Shown here in pieces: positions 58,312 to 64,000 of a DNA stretch of 64,000 bases. Every line of letters starts with the position of its first letter. Positions within the stretch are counted from its first letter, which is position 1. The DNA lies in NCBI GenBank assembly GCA_963711835.1, contig CAVQFQ010000025.1, positions 32,001 through 96,000 on the forward strand, given 5' to 3'. Source of the stretch: an uncultured delta proteobacterium (GTDB lineage: Bacteria; Desulfobacterota; RBG-13-43-22). Both the position numbers and the translations under genes were made by a program. The notes beneath the pieces were generated by a model. That model saw only the letters and a program-made list of their open reading frames with translations. It searched no databases and was not told the DNA's origin.

Positions 58312-60482
58312 GGACCTCACTTTCACGTCGTAGTTTTTTGGAGGGATCCCTGGGCGGCCTCAGTCTCATAGTGGCGGTCTTAATGACTCCGCGCGGATTC
58401 CGACTGGTCCAAGCCGGAGAGCTGAAAAAAAATAGTTCTCAAAATATCCGGCTTGGAAGCTGGATTGAAATAACCCCGGATAACCGCATTGTCATAATCG
58501 TCTCCCAATCGGAGATGGGGCAAGGGGTCTATACCTCCATGCCTATGATTGTAGCCGATGAATTGGAAGCGGACTGGAAGCAGGTTCGCTCTCATCCCGC
58601 CCCAGCCCGGGACGAGTATAAGAATCCTATTTTCAAGATGCAGCTTACCGGTGGAAGCACCAGCGTTAGACACCGGTTGGAACAGTTGCGCAAAGCCGGG
58701 GCAGCGGCCCGGGAGATGCTTCTGATGGCTGCGGCCGAGACCTGGAAAACGGCCAGAGAGGAGTGTGAGGCCTTCCAGGGAACAATACGGCATAAGGCCA
58801 GCGGCCGAAGCCTGACCTTCGGGCAACTGGTCAAAAAGGCCGCCACCCTTCCGGTTCCGCAAGATCCACCCTTGAAAAAGGAGAACCAGTTCCGGTTGAT
58901 TGGACAGCCCTTGCCCCGTTTGGACACCCCGGTCAAGGTCCAGGGATTGGCCCGTTTTGGCCTGGATGTCCAAATGCCGGACCTGCTCTATGCGGTCGTA
59001 GCCAGGCCGCCGGTTTATGGGGCCAAGGTTGTTTCCTTCAATCAAAAAGTTCCCCAAAAAGTTCCGGGAGTGACCCGGATCGTAACGATTAATCGGGGGA
59101 TCGCGGTTTGTGCAAAGACTCCTTGGCAGGCCTGGAGGGGTCGGGAGGCCCTGAACCTCAAGTGGGGTGATGGATCCCATCCAAAGTTGGATACCGGAGC
59201 TGTGGAGAAGATTTTTTTGGAATCTTTGGCTAAGGCCGGCATAAATGCAAAAAATAAAGGAGATGCCAAAAAAGTCCTGGACCAGGCCGCTAAAAAAGCC
59301 GAGGCTGTTTATCAACTGCCCTACCTGGCCCATACTACCATGGAACCTATGAATTGTACGGCCCATGTCCAAAAGGAACGCTGTGATATCTGGGTCCCAA
59401 CCCAGTTCCAAACGGCGGCTCAACAAATGGGCGCCAAACTGACCGGTCTGAAACCGGACCGTGTTTTCGTTCATACGACCTTTCTCGGAGGCGGGTTCGG
59501 GCGGCGGTCCGAAGTCGATGTGGTGGAGGAAGCGGTTCAAATTTCACACCAGGTTAAGAAACCGATCAAGGTCATCTGGACCCGGGAGGAGGATATTCAA
59601 TATGATTTTTACCGCCCCGGGAATTGCTGCCTGATAACTGCCGGCCTTGATGAAGCAGGGCGATTGCTGGCCTGGTCCCATAAGGTCGTGACCCCTTCGA
59701 TCTTCACCCGGGTTTTCCCTTCCATGATGAAAAATGGGATTGACCCGGCGGCCGTGGAAGGGATCGAAGACACCCCTTATGAAATCCCGAATCTTAACGT
59801 GGAGTACACCGAGGTTGATTTGCCGATACCGGTTGGATTTTGGCGCTCCGTGGGTAATTCTCATAATGCCTTTACTATGGAGTGTTTTATGGATGAAATG
59901 GCTCATCTGGCTCAGAGGGATCCTTTGGAATTTCGATTGGGCCTTCTTAAAAGTCATAAGAGAGCGGCCAGGGTCCTGGAAGTGGCGGCCGAAAAGGCCG
60001 GTTGGGGGAAACCATTAACCAGAGGGCAGGGCCGAGGGATAGCCCAGCACCATTCTTTTGGCAGCTATGTGGCCCAGGTGGCCGAGATCTCTTTAGACAA
60101 AAAAGAAGGGGCCATCCAGGTTCATAGGGTTGTCTGCGTCCTGGATTGCGGCCTGGTGGTAAATCCGAATACGGTCATGGCCCAAATGGAAGGGGCGATC
60201 ATAATGGGCTTGAGCGCCGCCTTAAAGGAGAAGGTCGAATTTATCAAAGGGGGTGTTAAAACGGCAAATTTTGATGAATACCCCCTGATCCGAATGAAAG
60301 AGATTCCTGAAATCGAGGTCCACATTATTAAAAGCAACGATCCGCCGGGCGGTATCGGCGAACCGGGCCTGCCCCCCATCGCCCCGGCCGTAGCAAATGC
60401 CCTTTTTGCTGCAGCCGGAATTCGCCTCCGGCGGTTGCCAATGAGTGCCGGGGCAATTTTGGAGGCTTTGGATAATAAATAG
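58308..60482 (+). CDS. Xanthine-dehydrogenase-family molybdopterin subunit (IorB-like), Tat signal
   Basis: SRRSFL, EMGQG, TGGSTS, GGGFGRR, WRSV, GIGEP. Confidence 0.9.
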   Translation: MRTSLSRRSFLEGSLGGLSLIVAVLMTPRGFRLVQAGELKKNSSQNIRLGSWIEITPDNRIVIIVSQSEMGQGVYTSMPMIVADELEADWKQVRSHPAPARDEYKNPIFKMQLTGGSTSVRHRLEQLRKAGAAAREMLLMAAAETWKTAREECEAFQGTIRHKASGRSLTFGQLVKKAATLPVPQDPPLKKENQFRLIGQPLPRLDTPVKVQGLARFGLDVQMPDLLYAVVARPPVYGAKVVSFNQKVPQKVPGVTRIVTINRGIAVCAKTPWQAWRGREALNLKWGDGSHPKLDTGAVEKIFLESLAKAGINAKNKGDAKKVLDQAAKKAEAVYQLPYLAHTTMEPMNCTAHVQKERCDIWVPTQFQTAAQQMGAKLTGLKPDRVFVHTTFLGGGFGRRSEVDVVEEAVQISHQVKKPIKVIWTREEDIQYDFYRPGNCCLITAGLDEAGRLLAWSHKVVTPSIFTRVFPSMMKNGIDPAAVEGIEDTPYEIPNLNVEYTEVDLPIPVGFWRSVGNSHNAFTMECFMDEMAHLAQRDPLEFRLGLLKSHKRAARVLEVAAEKAGWGKPLTRGQGRGIAQHHSFGSYVAQVAEISLDKKEGAIQVHRVVCVLDCGLVVNPNTVMAQMEGAIIMGLSAALKEKVEFIKGGVKTANFDEYPLIRMKEIPEIEVHIIKSNDPPGGIGEPGLPPIAPAVANALFAAAGIRLRRLPMSAGAILEALDNK

Positions 60483-60643
60483 GAGTTTGCCCCTGTTTCC
60501 CTTTGCCTTACCGGTTGCTAATCAGAATTTGATAGTGTAAAAAGGAAACAAGTAATAAAAAGAGACTTTTTATATTAAAGGACTGGGGTCCCCAAACCTA
60601 AGATGTGTCGAAATAATTTTGCTGAAGTGGGAGAAGAGCTGGC

Positions 60644-62173
60644 ATGGCCACGGAATTATTGATAAATGCCCGTTCCTATGAAACCCGGGTGGCCGTTATT
60701 GAAAATAATATTTTGGCCGAACTCCATGTGGAAAGGCCGAACAGGCACAGCCTGGCCGGCAATATCTATAAAGGGCAGGTGGTCAGGGTCCTGCCGGGGA
60801 TGCAGGCGGCTTTTGTGGATATCGGTCTAGAACGAGCGGCTTTTCTGTATGTCAGTGATGTAACTGATAATTTTGAGGAATTCGAAGCCATGATGAAGGA
60901 GGAGGAAGAGGAACGGGAGGGCCTTGTTGAGATAGAGGGGGATGCGGAGGAAAAGCCCCTGGCAGGGCAGCCTTATTTCAATATTGAAGATCTGTTATCC
61001 GAAGGACAGGAACTCCTGGTTCAGGTGGCCCGGGAACCCATAGGGTCCAAAGGGGCCAGGATCACCACCCACATTTCCTTGCCCGGACGTCATCTGGTTC
61101 TTATGCCGACCATGGATCATATCGGGGTTTCCCGCCGGATTGAGGATGAAAACGAGCGGAAAAAGCAGCGGGATCTGCTGGCCAACCTCAAACCAAGCGG
61201 TTTCGGGTTGATTGCCAGAACCGCCAGCGAAGGGGTCCCCAAAGACAAGATCAAAACCGAGATGGATTTTTTGATTAAGCTCTGGAACAATATCCAGCAA
61301 AAAATGAACCGGGCACCCTTACCCAGCCTGATCCACGAAGATTTGAATATTACCCTCCGGGCGGTCCGGGACCTTTTTACCAAGGAGGTGGACCGGTTGG
61401 TGATCGACTCCCGCTCCGAATACGAGCAGATCCTGACCTTTATTGATACCTTCATGCCCAAACTGAAACAGTTGGTTCATTTCTATGAGGAGAAAGAACC
61501 CCTTTTCGATGCCTATGGGATCGAAGTGGAGGTGGGCCGGGCTTTAGGGAAAAAGGTCTGGCTGAAATCGGGAGGCTATATCGTCATTGAAACGACCGAA
61601 GCCCTGACCTCGATTGATATCAATACCGGCCGCTACGTGGGGAAAAGAAACCTGGAAGAGACCATCCTGAAAACGAACCTGGAGGCGGTCAAGGAGATTG
61701 CCTACCAGTTGCGGCTCCGAAATATCGGAGGGCTGGTGGTGATCGATTTTATTGATATGGAAAAAAAGGGGGACCGGGAAAAGGTCTTTAACGCCCTGAA
61801 GGAGGCCTTAAAAAGAGACAAGAGCAAAACCAATGTCCTGAAAATGTCGGAACTCGGTCTGATCGAAATGACTCGTAAAAGGACCCGGGAAAACCTGAAC
61901 CGGCTTTTTCGGGAACCCTGCTTTTATTGTGAAGGAGAAGGCTGGCTGAAATCCAAGAATTCCATCTGTTATCAAATTTTCAGGCAGATCGAGCGGGAAG
62001 TCTGGGAGATCCCGGCGGATAACCTGATCTTACAGGTCCACCCCGATATCGCCGGCCTGCTTCTGGATGAGGAGCAGACGGCCATGGAGGAGCTGGAACA
62101 ACGGATCGGGAAGAGGATTTCGGTCGAATCCAAGGAAGCGATGCACTTGGAGCAGTTTAAAATTTATAGTTGA
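60644..62173 (+). CDS. rng: Ribonuclease G (Rne/Rng family)
   Basis: GNIYKG, GMQAAFVDIG, IDINTG, IDFIDM. Confidence 0.92.
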   Translation: MATELLINARSYETRVAVIENNILAELHVERPNRHSLAGNIYKGQVVRVLPGMQAAFVDIGLERAAFLYVSDVTDNFEEFEAMMKEEEEEREGLVEIEGDAEEKPLAGQPYFNIEDLLSEGQELLVQVAREPIGSKGARITTHISLPGRHLVLMPTMDHIGVSRRIEDENERKKQRDLLANLKPSGFGLIARTASEGVPKDKIKTEMDFLIKLWNNIQQKMNRAPLPSLIHEDLNITLRAVRDLFTKEVDRLVIDSRSEYEQILTFIDTFMPKLKQLVHFYEEKEPLFDAYGIEVEVGRALGKKVWLKSGGYIVIETTEALTSIDINTGRYVGKRNLEETILKTNLEAVKEIAYQLRLRNIGGLVVIDFIDMEKKGDREKVFNALKEALKRDKSKTNVLKMSELGLIEMTRKRTRENLNRLFREPCFYCEGEGWLKSKNSICYQIFRQIEREVWEIPADNLILQVHPDIAGLLLDEEQTAMEELEQRIGKRISVESKEAMHLEQFKIYS

Positions 62174-62229
62174 CAAAAATTAAAAATCTGCTTAAATAAA
62201 AATTTTAATTTTTTTGAGAGGGTATAACC

Positions 62230-62544
62230 ATGTATGCCATTATTCAAACCGGGGGGAAACAGTATCAGGTCGCCCCGGGAGATGTGATCCAGGTGGAATC
62301 CCTGGAAGGGGCCAAGGGGGATGCCGTAACCCTGCCCCAGGTCCTGTTCGTCGCCCGGGAGCAGGACATCCAGGTGGGACGGCCTTACCTGGAAGGGATT
62401 TCGGTCCTGGGAGAGATTCTTCATCAGGGCCGTCACCGAAAGATATTGATTTTTAAGCATAAAAGGAGAAAGGGGTACCGTAAGCTGGTCGGTCATCGGC
62501 AGCCCTTTACCTCCCTGAAAATAAAAGAAATTCAAGGTCTGTAA
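62230..62544 (+). CDS. rplU: 50S ribosomal protein L21
   Basis: [19 protein letters not shown]. Confidence 0.97.
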   Translation: MYAIIQTGGKQYQVAPGDVIQVESLEGAKGDAVTLPQVLFVAREQDIQVGRPYLEGISVLGEILHQGRHRKILIFKHKRRKGYRKLVGHRQPFTSLKIKEIQGL

Positions 62545-62555
62545 GGAGTTCAGTC

Positions 62556-62804
62556 ATGGCACATAAAAAAGCCGGTGGAAGTTCCAGAAACGGCCGGGAT
62601 AGCGCCGGGCAGCGTTTTGGAGTGAAACGGTTTGCCGGTCAGATTGTCAAGGCCGGCAACATTCTGGTGCGGCAAATAGGGACCCGATTCCATCCCGGCG
62701 AAAATGTCGGATTGGGAAAGGACTACACCCTTTTTGCCAAAAAAGACGGGGTAGTGGCCTTCGAACGTTGGGGAAAAGACCGAAAAAGGGTCAGCGTGCA
62801 TTAA
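62556..62804 (+). CDS. rpmA: 50S ribosomal protein L27
   Basis: [16 protein letters not shown]. Confidence 0.98.
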   Translation: MAHKKAGGSSRNGRDSAGQRFGVKRFAGQIVKAGNILVRQIGTRFHPGENVGLGKDYTLFAKKDGVVAFERWGKDRKRVSVH

Positions 62805-62915
62805 ACGCTTTTTTCGGGTTATCTGCTGAGATTCCCAACTCCGAGTGCCCCTAATCATCCAACTCTCGATCCCACCCTCCCCCTCACGGCCTGGGGAGGT
62901 TCTTTCCAGCCCCTA

Positions 62916-63962
62916 TTGAAATTTATTGATGAAGCCAAAATCGTCGCGCGTTCCGGAGACGGAGGCAACGGTTGCCTCAGTTTCCGCCGGGAGGCCTTCA
63001 GGCCGCACGGCGGGCCGGATGGGGGCGACGGGGGCAAGGGTGGGGATGTCCTTATAACCGCCTCGGCCAAGATCCATTCGCTTTTAGATTTCCACTACCA
63101 GAGGCTTTTTAAGGCCTCCAAGGGGGCCCATGGCCAGGGCAATGACCGCCATGGTAAGAACGGACTGGATGTGCGCCTGCTGGTACCCCGGGGCACCCTC
63201 ATCCGGGAGGTGGAAACCGGCCTGATTATGGGCGACCTGATTGAAGACGGCCAAACCATCGTGGCGGCTAGGGGAGGAAGAGGAGGGAAGGGGAACAGGC
63301 ATTTTGCCACCTCCACCCACCGTACTCCGCGATTCGCTCAGAAAGGTGAGCCCGGGGTGGAGCTGACCTTGCATCTGGAGTTGAAACTCTTGGCCCAGGT
63401 AGGGCTCATCGGCCTCCCCAATGCCGGCAAATCCACCCTTCTTTCCAGACTTTCAGCCGCCAGACCTAAAATCTCCGACTATCCTTTCACCACCTTAAGC
63501 CCCAACCTGGGGGTCATCGAGGATCAACAAGGTCGCCGCCTGACCCTGGCCGACATTCCGGGGATTATCGCAGGCGCCAGCGCCGGAGCCGGTTTGGGAA
63601 TAAAATTCCTTCGCCACATTGAGAGGACCCAACTTTTGGTTTTTTTGATCGATGGGTCTCTGGAAGGGGAAGGTCCGAGAGAGTCTTTCCAGACCTTATG
63701 GGAAGAAATGAAGGCCTTTAACCCCAAGCTGGTGGATAAGCCGGGCTTGATTGGGGTCAATAAAATGGATCTGCCTGGTTCTCAGATCAAATATGGGAAG
63801 ACCAAAGCGGCCTTAAAACCTTTTGGATTGCCTATAATACCCCTGTCAGCCAAGACCGGCCAGGGGTTGCCTCTTTTGATCGAGCACCTTTTCTTAAAAA
63901 TTGGGTCAGGAGACTATGGAGATTCGAACGGGCTCAACCGATCTGAGGAAAAGCGTACTTAA
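62916..63962 (+). CDS. obgE: GTPase ObgE
   Basis: GGPDGGDGG, GLPNAGKST, YPFTT, DIPG. Confidence 0.97.
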   Translation: MKFIDEAKIVARSGDGGNGCLSFRREAFRPHGGPDGGDGGKGGDVLITASAKIHSLLDFHYQRLFKASKGAHGQGNDRHGKNGLDVRLLVPRGTLIREVETGLIMGDLIEDGQTIVAARGGRGGKGNRHFATSTHRTPRFAQKGEPGVELTLHLELKLLAQVGLIGLPNAGKSTLLSRLSAARPKISDYPFTTLSPNLGVIEDQQGRRLTLADIPGIIAGASAGAGLGIKFLRHIERTQLLVFLIDGSLEGEGPRESFQTLWEEMKAFNPKLVDKPGLIGVNKMDLPGSQIKYGKTKAALKPFGLPIIPLSAKTGQGLPLLIEHLFLKIGSGDYGDSNGLNRSEEKRT

Positions 63963-64000
63963 GGATGTCAAAAGGATCGTCGTTAAAATCGGCAGTGCCG
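63916..64000 (+). CDS. proB: Glutamate 5-kinase, 5' end
   Basis: MEIRTGSTDLRKSVLKDVKRIVVKIGSA; the obgE-proB order is common. Confidence 0.75.
   Translation, partial: MEIRTGSTDLRKSVLKDVKRIVVKIGSA

Noticed and set aside
58380-59540. Long antisense ORFs (386 aa here; also 30333-31103, 19263-19991 and others)
   Set aside because: They are shadows of well-supported genes on the opposite strand in GC-rich DNA.

Overview
Bacterial chromosomal window whose gene content and orthologue style suggest an anaerobic Desulfobacterota/deltaproteobacterium (inference). 1-14.3 kb (- strand): envelope/LPS genes (rfaE1, epimerase, O-antigen ligase, ugd, yicC, lpxB, msbA, GNAT, glycosyltransferases), interrupted by two families of non-autonomous foldback elements. 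14.5-21.9 kb: a WYL regulator and a short-chain acyl-CoA operon with cobO. 22-48.3 kb: a ~26 kb corrinoid methyl-transfer island with four MtaA/CmuA-family methyltransferases, one MtrH-family methyltransferase, two corrinoid proteins, two ASKHA corrinoid activators (one carrying a ~500-aa inserted flavin/Fe-S oxidoreductase), two PAS kinase/NarL pairs, and V4R, CobW, YedF and DUF2284 proteins. Inside the island, and missed or truncated by the ORF track, are four putative selenoprotein genes with six in-frame UGA codons at conserved Cys positions: a two-Sec thioredoxin-fold protein, a UxxC-thioredoxin/thioredoxin-reductase fusion, and two HMA-fold proteins (one with UxxU). Five hairpins with a (T)GGA loop lie 19-22 nt after the UGAs (one per UGA, a single one for the UxxU pair). 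48.7-64 kb: isobutyryl-CoA-mutase-like icmA/icmB/meaB, miscellaneous genes, a Tat molybdoenzyme pair, rng, rplU, rpmA, obgE and the start of proB. Several small frameshifts suggest residual assembly errors. Family names come from motif recognition, not database searches.
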